A stretch of 64,000 bases of DNA. It comes from Camelus ferus. Lineage: Eukaryota. The DNA lies in contig NC_045697.1 of the NCBI RefSeq assembly GCF_009834535.1, positions 32,118,001 through 32,182,000 of the forward strand, in the 5' to 3' direction. This document shows positions 1-12,559 of this stretch, one piece after another (position 1 is the stretch's first letter; every line of letters starts with the position of its first letter). Both the position numbers and the translations under genes were made by a program. The notes below the pieces were generated by a model. It was not told the origin of the DNA, ran no database searches, and was given only the letters and a program-made list of their open reading frames with translations.

Positions 1-1366
1 TACCTGGTTCCCTGTTCCTACAGAATGGCCTTTTAATAGCTCTTTTCCTTAATCCGTGTGCCCACATGCTCTTTTAGAGGGCCAGGGAATCAGCTGTCAG
101 GTCCTGAAGAGGAGACAGGAGTTAAATCCTCAACAGAGAAGAGAACTAACGGAGAAACCCTCGAAGACAGCATGGGGTTATCCAAAGGACAGCAGGTCCT
201 CCTTTATTTTCAGCTTCTGACATGTTATTGAGCTGCCCTGAAAGAAACACCACAAATTACTGACATTCTGAGAGTTAGGCAGAATTTTGTGCAGTGTTAT
301 AATGCTTTCATTTTATGCCTTAGAAATACCTGAAATAATGTGAATTTTCCTTTGGGAATTTACGTGTTCTTTCGGTGTTTTGACATAAGCGCGTGAAGGA
401 GCCAGAGGCACTACAGCAGTGAGAGTGAAATCCAGAGAAACAGAATGAAGGGTGGACATGGCGTTTGTCTGTGGATTTCTCACTCCAGAAGGCCCCAGCC
501 CAATGGATCCTAGACTATTTAGAAATGAGGGAACCTCGGAAGGCTTTGGATTTGGAAACAGAAGACCTAAGTGTGCAGAGTCTGACTGGGGACCCGGTTA
601 TGCTTATGACATAATTCTAAAGCTAAAGGAAAATTTTTATTTGATTATCCAAATTCCTGCCCACTACCCGTCATTGACTACAGTGCTGTTCTGTAAAAGG
701 GCAGCAGTCTTATTTGTATTCAGACAAAGCACATCCTGAGGAAACATGAGGAAAATCTTCTTAGAATGGTTGACATTTGTCTTTTAGACATTGCTAGGAA
801 GGCTGCCAGTCTATTTACCTTCAAAAAGACAAAGATAAAACTCTCAAAAGCAAATTGGTCCTTGTAATGCATTGGGATGTATTACCTAAACTCCGGTAAA
901 GAAGATAATATAAACACTCTGCAATGAATTTGTGAAAAGATAATGTTGTGTCAAGTTGAAATTATTATAATTATAATCATGTACCATTAGGAAGACAGCC
1001 ACTATGTTTCAGTCATGTACTGGCTCTAGAAAATTTTAACATCAGCATAACATTGTGCTATATGGCAATTATGATAATAGTCATCTAATTCATTATTAGA
1101 TGGATTCACAGTTGTAATGAAGTAATTCCATGAATGATTAATAAAGCATATTAACTCTTGTGGCATATCAAATTCTGTACACTTTTCTTCACAAATATTA
1201 TTTTTAGCTTTTAGCAGGAGGGAGATATTTGAGACTTTGTGGAATAAAAATGTGCATTATTTTAGAATACACTGTGAGAGTAGACATTACAAATACAGAA
1301 TTTGATATTCATTATATATAACAACTAAATTATACTGAGAGATGCTTTAAGACATAGATATCTAAA

Positions 1367-1742
1367 TATATTAGTCTGCTAAAGCTGCCATAAAAATATA
1401 TCAGAGACTGGATGGCTTAAACAATAGAAATTTCTTTTCTCACAGCTGGAGGCTAAAAGTCCAAGATCAAGGTGCTAGTAGGGTTGGTTTCCTGTGAGGC
1501 CCTCATCCTTATTGTGTCTCCACATGGCCTTTCCTTTGTGTGCGCATGCAAAGAGAGACAAAGAGATCTCTGGAGTCTCTTCCTCTTCTTGTAAGGTCAC
1601 CAATCCTATCTGATTAGGGCTCCACCCTTATGATCTCATTTAACTTGAATCACCTCCTTAACAACCCTATCTCCAAATACAGTCACACTGAGGCCTAGGG
1701 CTTCAATATGTGAATTTGAGGGAACACAATTCAGTCCATAAA
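1367..1742 (-). mobile_element. MaLR solo LTR, MLT1A-like
   Basis: Diagnostic stretches ggcttaaacaatagaaattt, tccaagatcaaggtg, ccacccttatgatctcatttaac and acacaattcagtccata. Confidence 0.85.
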
Positions 1743-2664
1743 ATATATAAACAGGAAGCACATGCCCTTTTCCAATCTTTTTTTAAAAATTACCAAAAAA
1801 TATGTATATTACATTTTAAACTTAGATCTCCCCAGTTTACACTCCATTAAAAAACCAGCAAAGAGCTAAAGGAAATATGTTGATTCTCTCTTACCACAGG
1901 TGGCCCTTTTGGGGCACTGTGAAAATAATGATAACCTAAAATGATATCTTTCAGTTGTGATATAATTTACCAATATTTTTCCAGTGGAAAGCAAGTAATG
2001 TGCCCATTTGAACATATATTGTATTTTATGTACATAATTTATTTCTGTGATGCTCTTGTTTAAAGATATGGTACAGTGAAAGGAATTAAACACCTTGGTT
2101 CTGATTTATTGAGACGCCCAAGAATTTTTTTTAATCTTTGATATTCTTACAATTTTTAAGTTTAGAAAGACCCTCCTCCGGAGTTCAACAGCAGTAAGTA
2201 GCAACACTTGAATCCAAATCTTTTAAAAGAACTTATTTTTTTCCTAAAGAATTCCTTGCTATATAGGATAAGAATGCTGTATGATTTATGATTCCAAGTA
2301 ATGTTTGCTACAGTTGTTATTCTTTTTTTATGACTTAAAGGCTCAAAGAAAGATATGGTTTGGGTAAGTCATGGTAGAATACTGTTTACTTATATGTTTC
2401 ATATTTTGGAATTGGAAAAAGTACCTTTGGTTCATATGAAGAAAGATCAAGCATCCTCAATAGCCCAAGTGTGGGGAAAGTATGGCAGACCCTTAGGGAG
2501 AGTAGAGAGGTGAAGTCGTGTGAATTAGCACCCCCCTCCCTAAGACATGTCAAGCAACAGAATGCAACCTGCTACTGGCTATCAAACAACAGAATAGTAA
2601 GTAGCCACTAGTCATTAAGTGGCAGCCCTGTGACAGTCAGTGCAATAGTGGACTTTTGATCATC

Positions 2665-2810
2665 TTTGTATCATTTAATCTTTATAATTATGCCTGACTA
2701 TCAGAATTTTTCCTTATTTAACAGATGGGGAAGCAGAAGCTCAGAGAGGGTAATCAGCTTAGCCAAGGTTACACAGTTAAGTGCCCAGGTCAAAATTCAT
2801 ACCTATGACA
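2665..2810 (-). mobile_element. MIR SINE
   Basis: MIR core acagatggggaagcagaagctcagagagg..ccaaggttacacag. Confidence 0.75.
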
Positions 2811-4084
2811 GCTTTCTGAATTCATAAATGTTCTCTTTATGCTATAATTCCCACCCATATGCCAAAAAAATTCTTTTGTATTCTCAGTTTAAAGAACGCT
2901 TTATATTTCTAAATAGTATAAAAAAGTAAGTTAAAGGGTATTTTTCCCTCCAAATGATGTGAATAGAAGAAAATCACATAAATGAACATGGTAATAAATA
3001 CCATCAGCTGTGAGCACACTTGGCCGAGTCTGACTGCCTATGTGTGACGTATGCGATACTTTATCTTGAAACAGCCCCTCTATATGCACCATCCTCTTTA
3101 CTGCTTTTTTGCTCTTCTTCCTGCTTTCCAACTATCTTGGAATTCATATTTCTTTAACCTACATAATTCTACGATTTCTTTAACCAAGTGATCTTAACTC
3201 CTAAAGAACTTATGTCAAGTATTTTAACCAAGTGACCCCACTGCGTTTATGGTCTCTACCCAGCTCTCAGCCCTTGATTATAAACTGTAAGGTATTTTTC
3301 TCCACTTATTTGTCCACACTGCAAGCATGTTCAGTCCCTCTACAGCAAACTTTCAGCACATAACAAATGCTCAAAATCAGTTATTTGATTAATGAACTGT
3401 CAGGTCAAATATGGCTTTTAAATTATCTATGTGGTAACTGGTCCATTTGTTAGCGTAAAGAGTCAAAGGTACACACATTCCTGTCAAATCAGTGGTTTTC
3501 CCCAAACTAACCTTCCTTCCAACTCTGGAGACTATTCCTAAACGCCAAAGAGCCATTTCAGAGGAGAGAATATAGATGCCTCATATACTCAAACAGAAAT
3601 TTATCAACTTCTCTGTCTTGAGTTCAGCATAAGGGACTGATGAAACAGAGATGAATCAGATCCAGCTCCTGCTTGTAACAAATGTAGCAGTCTAGTAGAG
3701 AGGACAGAACTGTAGGCATCTGAGTTAAAATATTCAGTGAATTTGATGTTTCCTAGGGAATTGGAAAGCAATAGCTATGTTACCAGAGAAAAGCCAGCCA
3801 GTTGGACACCTAGAAGCCCCACAGACTGACATCAACTTGGCAAAATAGCACAATAAAGTTCTTATTTAAAATAACTGGCCCAGAAACTTGGCCTTGACAA
3901 CTCATAAAAAAGGATGTTGAGTCTTGGGGACAAATTTCCACCAAGGAAGTCTTCTGCAGAGTGACATCAAAGCATTAATTTATAATTAAAAACAAGGTGA
4001 ATAGACATCCTGTCCTATGACCCACTCATTCTTTCTCTAAAATGTGGGATCCAAATGGTAACCAGGTTTCGGTGTGTATTGAAC

Positions 4085-4290
4085 CAGAATAATTAGCTCT
4101 GTAATTAGCACCTTGTGACCTTGGAAAATTAACCACTTTTTGTCCTAGTTCACACATCTGAAAAATAGCAATCATGATAATAGCTACCTCTAAGATTGCT
4201 ATGGGAGCTGAATGAGTTGATTTATGTAAAATGTTTATAATAGTTTCTTGCACAAGTAGAGGCACAATCATAAAACATTAAATAGTTAAT
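4085..4290 (+). mobile_element. MIR SINE
   Basis: tgtgaccttggaaaatt..catctgaaaaatag..ataatagctacctc. Confidence 0.7.
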
Positions 4291-5389
4291 GATGTGGTTT
4301 ATAACAGTCTGATGTACATAACACACAGCAGAAATACAGCAGCCAAGAGAACAGATTTGCTTATTCATCCCTTTCGTCATTTCTCGGTATCTATTGAGCA
4401 CCTAACATAAGTCATTCGCTGTACTTGGTGTTGGTGATAGATTCATCAACCCATTAAACTGATACTTTCCCTTAACAAAACTTACATCCTAATAGGAAAC
4501 TCACTAAATAATTACAGTAAAATGTGATGGCTGTTATTGTTAAGAAGGGTGGGGACTTACATTCCTATTCGCAATATTTCCTTCTACGTGGAGGGCGCTC
4601 CAGAGCATAACTTCCTGGATTTTCTCTGTGTCATCACACATTCGCCTCCCAGGGAGGAGTGCATTTTCTAAAAGGTGAATTTTGGTTAAGAAAATTGGGC
4701 ATGCATGGCTCCCCATCTCTTTACTCCTCCTCCCTTGCTCACACACCTGAAAAGGGCATGTGCTCCCCTCTGCAGTGGAGCGAGAGAGGCCTGTTTCCAA
4801 GGATCCATCACTGCCAGTGATTGCACAGACAGCCCCGATTCTGAAGTTCAGGTTAGAAAGTCCACTGAACGGTAACTGTAAACCAGCATTCCCCAATACT
4901 CACTTCACCAGTAGTGGTGGTAAATTTGCCTCCATCTGCCATAGTCTTTTATATAATTCTCATTTGATTCAGAACTCAAAAGGATAAGAGAGAGTCATTG
5001 ATTGGATAACTTGAACTTCAAGTATTTATGATACATGGAAAGCAACACACGTATGAGGGACTAAATCTAACCTAGAGAGGAGAAGAGGCTTACCGAAGGA
5101 AGTGATGTGTGGACACAAGGTGGCCAAAGAAAGAAGACATTACTCTGGGACACAGCAGTCCCTCTTCTGTTCCAAGATGGGCCCTGACTAGGGCTCTTTC
5201 CTTTTCCTTTTCCTTGACATATTCTCTTTTTAAACACATTATTCCATTTTTACTTTTCAAGGTCTTTAGAAATGTCAAAATAGCCAACCTTCATCTTAGG
5301 TTATATTCTCACTTTTTGTCATTGGAAAGCTTTCAATAATCCATTTAAATTATTGCCTATCTACAAGTTAATTTTCTATCATGTATTAA

Positions 5390-5585
5390 TAATACTACCT
5401 ATAGTTATTCAGTACTTGTCTGTCAGGGAGCATGCAAAGAACTTTATACATGATTTCATTTGATCCTTATATAGCTCTAATAGGGATGGTGTTACTATGT
5501 GCATAGTCAGATGAGAAAATTAAGGCAGAAGAGGATAAATAATTTGTGCCCAGATCACACAGCTAGTAAGTGGCAGAGTTGGGGT
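5390..5585 (-). mobile_element. MIR SINE
   Basis: cagatgagaaaattaaggcagaagagg..cccagatcacacagctagtaagtggcagag. Confidence 0.75.
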
Positions 5586-7771
5586 AATGACATTACATTA
5601 CATTTACAATTACATTATTTTAACTCCATTGTCCATCTTCTAACAGTCATACTTTACCTACTTAAAAGCTAAGATTATTTCTAAATTTTGCATTACTTAT
5701 TTTATTCCTTCACTAATTATAACAAAACCATGTGAAGGAACTTCTATAGCATATCAGCAAGGAAAAGGCACTGTGGTGCATTCAATTACTTCCACTGGCA
5801 AAGCAATCAGACTACAAAACCCTTTGATGTAGAGTAAAATGTTTTTTGTGTGGCAAACGTGGTATTTTTTTTTTTCCTTTTTGATTCACTAAAACCCAAA
5901 CAGAATTAGCTTTTAATGAGGTGTCATGTGATTTTGGTAATATATTTGCATATATGTCATCATACAGCAATGCCTTAGTCCATATGTTCCTTCCTGAGAC
6001 TTTCTCATGAACAATTTTTGAACCATAGAAATATATGGTTTGAATTAATTAAGTTCAATTCCACACAAAGTTACTAAGCACTAACAATATGCAAAGCATG
6101 TGCCAGGAACAACAGAGAATACAAATTCTGTCTTCAGGGATATCACCGTGCCTGCCATTGTGATTTCTTATTCTCGTTTCTATTCACAGAAGTAATTTTA
6201 TTATTTTCTAAGTGAACTTCCTGTTTTTCTCCTCCTATTTGTTTTGTTACCCAATATAAATGAGAGATGGATTCCTTCATAAACCATATTTTTACTGCTT
6301 TGCACCACAGCAAAGAAAAAAGACAGGTGAATGAGAGTTTTCTGTTTCGGACTAAAATTTTAAATAGCACCTAGAACACTGTCATCATAAAAAATAATTG
6401 ATTGTGGTTGATGCCAGCATTTATTCCCTTGAAACTTTATTTGACTGAAGACATTACAGTGAATGAGAGGCTCTACCCATTCTAAATATCACAAATGGCT
6501 GGTAAATATCCCCCTATATTCTGAAACCATTCTGAGGCACGTGCAGTTATCTGCTCCAAATTAAGCATGGCTACAAGACAGTCAGCACAGCACCTGCTCC
6601 CCAGGGCAGAGAGTTCATAAGGGAGGAGAGAACATCCGGAGGCATGAGAGCCGGCTTAGTATAAATACTTCCCAGAAAAAGCAGCATTTGTGAACAGCCA
6701 TCTCCTCTCTAATATCCACCTACCTTTTTACAAAGGCAACTTATTGTACGTTTCTGGAATGCCTCATACTTCCTAGTATGTCATATTATAGTCAAGGTAT
6801 ACACCCTATAGATGTTAAATGAAAATCACTTTATACGTTGATGGATTCTGAATGCCCTTACTATGGCCTCAATCTGCCATGTTTCAATCTACACTGATAA
6901 GATGTTAATTTAAAGTGAAAATACAGCTCTTTTAAGGAAGGTATGCAGAGATTGAGGAGTAGAAAAAGAATTAAGACAGTCTTTTCACCAGCACAGTGAG
7001 TCTAGATTGGATAGAGAAAAATAAAGAATGGCTTTCTGTATCAGCTTGTCTTTCTGTAATTACAACAATCACTTTCAAGAACTGTCTGGATATTAAAATG
7101 GTAAAACTAAAATCAATCTAATTATCCTCAGTGAATCTTCCTTCCATCAATTTCCATTACAGAGGAAACAAAATTGGCCATTACTTACCACTTCAATATT
7201 AATGCTGGCTGCAGCCCCACTGAGAGGTACTGAGATGCACACCATTTGTTAGAAATCTGAAAGTGATTCCTTTGACTATTAGCACATGCATAGCAAGAGA
7301 GAAGAGACGGGGAGAAATTACTAATTCATTTTTCTTTCAACAAATGGGCACTGGGCTTAGCCCTGGGAAAACAGACATGTATAAGATGTTTCTTTATTCA
7401 AGGAATTCACAGTCTGTGTGGGGGTCAACCACATAAATAGATAATGATGAAAGAACGAGGTAAGAACAATGAGAGAGAGATTCAGACAATACTGAAAGGC
7501 AGCAACTAGCCGAGTCAGGATGTTTGTAACAAAAATAATAGGGAGAGGGATGTTAATCAGGTACGTGACTAAGCTGTTTCTTGGGAGGCATTGGAAAGAG
7601 GAAGAGAGCATTTCCTCTAGAAAGAAAAGCCTGAACAAAGACATAGAGGTGAAGAATACCAGGCGCTTAACATGGAACCACAAGCAACTCGCATTTCTAG
7701 CACAATAAGCCGGGCAGAGACTGCCAGATGAAGAGGCAATGGGGCAATAAAATATTTCGTGTTTCATTTTA

Positions 7772-7874
7772 TTTTATTTTATTTATTTATTTATTTATTT
7801 GTTGTTTGTTTGTTTGTTTGTTTGTTTTAACTTTTTTTATTGAGTAATAGTCACTCTACAATGTTGTGTCAAAT
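7772..7874 (-). mobile_element. Extremely 5'-truncated young L1 (~45 bp plus a tail converted to (TTTA)n(TTTG)n)
   Basis: The reverse complement atttgacacaacattgtagagtgactattactcaataaaaaaa matches the 3' end of the L1 at 58141-58180. Perfect 13-bp TSD gtgtttcatttta at 7759-7771 and 7875-7887. Confidence 0.88.
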
Positions 7875-8568
7875 GTGTTTCATTTTAAAGAACAGAAATT
7901 TTTCCTACTAGGAGATGGGGCAGTCTAAATATTTATAAGCAATGGAGCTAGGTTATAAGATCTGTATGCTGGATTCTTCTACTACCCTTCCAGGGGCATT
8001 CCCCACCTGTCTCAGCTCTGTGCCCAGTCTGGGAGACAAACTGGTGCCGACTACATTAAAGGTTTCTCATGTCTCCTGATTTCTAGCTGAGTTTGGCAAA
8101 CAGGGCCCCCAGGGAAAGATTAGAGGGAGGGTGGGAGTAAGGACATGCTATTTATCTGGTGTGGTCTGAACATCCTTTGTTCTGGGATGACCTTGATTAA
8201 TCAAAGATCTCTGTTTTTGTTTTTTTTTTCAAATCAGCCAGCTCTACCCACTGAGTTTTTCTGTATTTTAGTAGCCACTCCCTCACCTCAGCCCATGGGA
8301 CCTAGAAGTGCTAACAGCTTGGTCAGATTATCACACCATCTGTTGTAGTTGTCCTACACACAAACCTGTGGAAATTGTCTCTTTGGGAATAAAGCTTCCT
8401 TGAATGAATCTTATTTTGAAAATGCCCATCATTTCCTATTGGGACCTGAACTAATTAATATACTTTGCAGTTAGATAAGTTAAACTGAAGTCTGTAAGGT
8501 AGATGGTTTAAAAAGAAGAGAGAGGAGAGAACCTAGCTGAGACATGGTGAAAAACTTAATTGTGTCAA

Positions 8569-9000
8569 CATGGATGGATCTGGAGATTGTCATTTTAAGC
8601 AAAGTAAGTCAAAAAGAGAAAGAAAAATACCATATGATATCACTTATATGTGGACTCTAAAAAAAGACACAAATGAACTTATTTACAAATCAGAAACAGA
8701 CTTACAGACATAGAGAACAAACTTATGGTTACCAGAGGGGGAAGCAGGTGGGAACAGATAAATTGGGAGTTTGAGATTTGCAGATACTAACTACTATATA
8801 TAAAATAGATAAACAACAAGTTCATACCATATAGCACAGGAAGCTATATTCAGTATCTTGTAGTAACCTGTAATGAAAAACAATATGAAAATGAATATAA
8901 GTATGTATATATATGACTGAACTATTGTGCCTGTACACCAGAAAATGACACTACATTGCAAACTGACTATACTTCAATTAAAAAAAAAGAAAGAAAGAAA
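8569..9000 (+). mobile_element. 5'-truncated artiodactyl-type L1 3' end with A-rich tail
   Basis: catggatggatctggagattgtcatt..aagaaaaataccatatgatatcacttatatgtgga..gactatacttcaattaaaaaaa, flanked by a ~56-bp direct repeat. Confidence 0.9.
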
Positions 9001-9457
9001 AAGAAGAGGGAGGAGAGAGCCCAGCTGAGACATGGCGAAAACCGTAATTGTATCAATGATAGTTGTATCAGAGAAGCAGGCAAATGTTTGAGACATACTT
9101 GGAGATGAAATCTGTTGCATGCATTGATGGACTGGCTGAAGAGAGGGGGGAAAAACTGTTTCCAATTTTCCAACTTCCAGATTTCCAACTTCAGTGCCTG
9201 GATGATAGATGATGGATGATGGTGCTACCAATAGGGACTATACATGAAGGAGCAGGTTTATGGTGTAAGATAGGAAGTTCGCTTTTACATGTGTTGACTT
9301 TGAGGTGTCTGGATCTGCTGGATATATGAAAATAAATGTTCAGGACTGAAAATAATACCTTTGAAAGTTGTCAGCATATCAGTAGGTGGTATTTAAACTA
9401 TGAGATTGAGAACAGTGAGCTGGAAAAGAAACCCTAGAAAGGGCCAACATTTAAGGA

Positions 9458-9645
9458 AATGTTCTCAAATGTTAGTCTTTGTGAAGTTCCACCCAGAAAG
9501 CTGGTTAAAATGCCTCATCTTGGGTTTTTAGTTTAGTGACTGACTCAGTAGGTAGGAGTGGCGGATTCAGAGATTGTGTCTCCCGAGCACATATTCCAAG
9601 GGATTCTGGTTACAGTGTTTGCAGGCCACACTTAGAGAAATACTC
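9458..9645. mobile_element. MER5A-like hAT-Charlie MITE
   Basis: gttctcaaa..gttaaaatgc..tgactcagtaggtaggag..ggccacacttagagaaatact. Confidence 0.6.
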
Positions 9646-9689
9646 AACTAAAGAACAGAGAAAGAAAGAAATGTTCATAAAAGAGAAAA

Positions 9690-10620
9690 AAATGGAATAT
9701 CCAGAATATATAGAGAACTCCTAAAACTCAACAACAATAAACAAACAACACAATTCAAAGATGGGCAAGGGACTTAAACAGACATTTCTCCAAAGAAGAT
9801 ACATGAACGGCTAATGAGCATGGGAAAGTTCTTCAGTATCACTAATCATCAGGGAAATGCAAATAAAAACCACAAGACACCACTTCACACACATTAGGAT
9901 GTCTAGTATTAAAAAAAAAGAAAATAACAAGTTTTGTTGGTGATGTGGAGAAATTGGAACCGTTATGCACTGTTGGTGGGAAAGTCAAGTGGTGCAGTCA
10001 CCTGGAAAACAATATGGCAGTTCTTCAAAAGTTCTTCAAAAACTTAGAATTACCATATGGCCCAGCAACTGCACATCTGGGTGCACACACAAAAGAGCTG
10101 AAAGCAGGGTCCTGAAGAGACATTTGTCCAGCCATGTTCTAGCAGCATTATCCATAATAGCTGAAACGTGGATGCAAACTGAACGTCTACTGACAGAGGA
10201 ATGGATTAGAATGTGGTATACACAAGCAATAGAATATATTTGGCCTTAAAAAGGAAGTTTTGACACATGCTACAACATAGATAAACCTTGAGGACATTAT
10301 GCCAAGTGAAACAAGTCAGTCACAAAAAGGCCAGTATTGTATGATTCCATCTATATGACATACCTAGCATAGTCACAATCATAGATACAGGAAGTAAATG
10401 GTGGTTGCCAAGGGTGGGAGGAGGGAGAAATGGGGAGTTATTGCTTAATGAGTAAACAGTTTCAGTCTTAGAACATGAGAAGAGTTCTGGAGAGGGAGGA
10501 TGGTGATGCTTACACGATATATATATACTTAATACCACTGAACTGTGTGATTTTAAAGTAGTTATGATGGTAAATACTATATTAAGTACATTTTATTAAA
10601 ATCAAAAATTATAAAATATG
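9690..10620 (+). mobile_element. Old L1 (L1MB-like) ORF2 end and 3'UTR
   Basis: gacatttctccaaagaagata, gaaatgcaaataaaaaccaca, ttagaattaccatatggcccagca, ccttgaggacattatgccaagtgaa. Confidence 0.88.
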
Positions 10621-12559
10621 AGATAAAAATAAATTCACCATTTTATCCCAGATGGATGGGGAAAAAGAGAAGTGTGCAAACAAGGAGAAGGTCAGGTGGA
10701 GAAAGGAATCAACAATGTCAAATGAAGCAGATGACTACATGCGGTAAATGGCTTATTTCACTATAATGCAGAGAGATGCTGTCCCTAAATTACAGTACAT
10801 TTTCTGTATATCTCTCAGGAAAATCTTGTGCCCTCTTCTGAGTATGAATATAATGTTAAGTGTTGCTGATGTTCTCTAGAATTAGATTTATCCACCAAGA
10901 AGCTGAATCTCTGTTCTTTATAAGTAAGGCAATTATTGATTTTAGAAGTATGTGTACAAGAAACATTTTTAACACAAAATAAAGCACTCAAATGTAAAAC
11001 AGACTGAAGGTTACAAAATTCTGTCTGTCTGCCTACTCCACCAGGCCACTTTCCCCCTGAGAAGAATATGAAAGTAACAAATGACAACCATAACATCAAA
11101 ACCTTAGGCCTGCTTGCCAGAAACATACCAGGCTGGCATTAGGCAGATGAGGTTTTAGACTGGTTTCCATAGCCTCTAAATATCTTAGAAGAGCAAGAAT
11201 TCTTGAGAAACATGCTGAGCTCTCACTTATTTCATATTAAGCATCCCCTAAATCCACAGGTTGGATTTGCCATTTCTCAGAGTTAATATGAGGCATAGAA
11301 ATACATTGTATCAGTGGGAACATTTAGTTTTTCCAAAGGCACCTGTTTTACTGCATGATCACAGACCCACTTTCTTCTGAGTCTTCCAGTGATAATTAAT
11401 GCAGCTTCCTTTCTCCAGTCCTCAAATATTTGAAGGTGACTACTCTGAAAATACACCTTGCCATTTTCAGATTCAGATCACATGTACCCAAGCAAATAGC
11501 AAATCTTAATTTTTTAAAGGGGAGGATTATTTAAAAGATTGGTTGTATCCCATTAATTTTATTTGGCTTTAAGCTTCCAGGAAAGGACAAATATATCTCC
11601 CTAATTGTACTCATCTTGGACTTCAACTAATGCTTATGCTGATTCCTCCCCTTGAAAACAAATGACACCTTCCTAACCTCACTTTTTTTTACTTCTTTAC
11701 TGTTGCTGAAGTTGGTTTCTCTCATTGTGTACTTTGGTCCATTTCACATTGCCTATTTTCACAGTTTATCTGTCCACGCTGACCTTACTCACTTACTCTC
11801 CCTGAAGGCTTGGACCATCTCATTTTAAAGCTATCCCTTAAACAGCTGGACCACTTTGATAGGCTATCCTGCTACCATGTCAGATTTGCTTCTTGAAGTC
11901 ACTACTGTGAATAACGTATGTTGGTTGGATGAATATGAAAATGTAACTGTATTTGAATTTTCAGAAGCAGTATGGATAGTGGTTAAGTGGACATGTGACG
12001 TTTAAGCTGGGTTTTGGTAAATATCTGAATTCACCGAGTCTTGGTTGTCTCATCTATGAAACAGGGGCAATAGAGGACTTCCACATAGTGTCACAGGTGT
12101 CTAAATCTAAATCTCTCTAGCTATCTTCCAAAACTATGTGAATAAATAAGACATGCAGCTCTCTTTTCCACATAACAAATTTCAATTACTTATAAATTTT
12201 AAAAATAATAAAATAAACACCAATCCCAGCATACCTATTTATCAAGTCCCTGATGCAAGACTTTGCAGAGAAGTGTGGAGGTCCAGAAAAACCGTGCTAA
12301 ATAGAGAACAGAAGACTGAGATAAAATCTCCCAGAAAGAGGAAGTCCTCCTTACATGTAAAAAGTACTAAAGAAGAATTCTGGTGCTTCAGAACACAGAC
12401 CACAGGAAGGGGATTTAAAAGTGCACACAAGGAGGCAGTCCTGGGAAGGTGACCCTCCTGGGGAAAGAAAGGTCAAAAGGAAGGGAGACACACTGTTGAA
12501 GACTATGTGGTAAAGGGTAAAAGAAGCAAGAGGAGAAACTGTACAATCCCTCAAGACAG

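Larger units (their letters stand above)
7320..9455 (-). mobile_element. Degraded L2 LINE interrupted by younger insertions
   Basis: attcattt..tcaacaaat start, caaggaattcacagtct, and later gttgactttgaggtgtct..ttgaaagttgtcagcat, all typical of L2 3' region. Confidence 0.55.
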
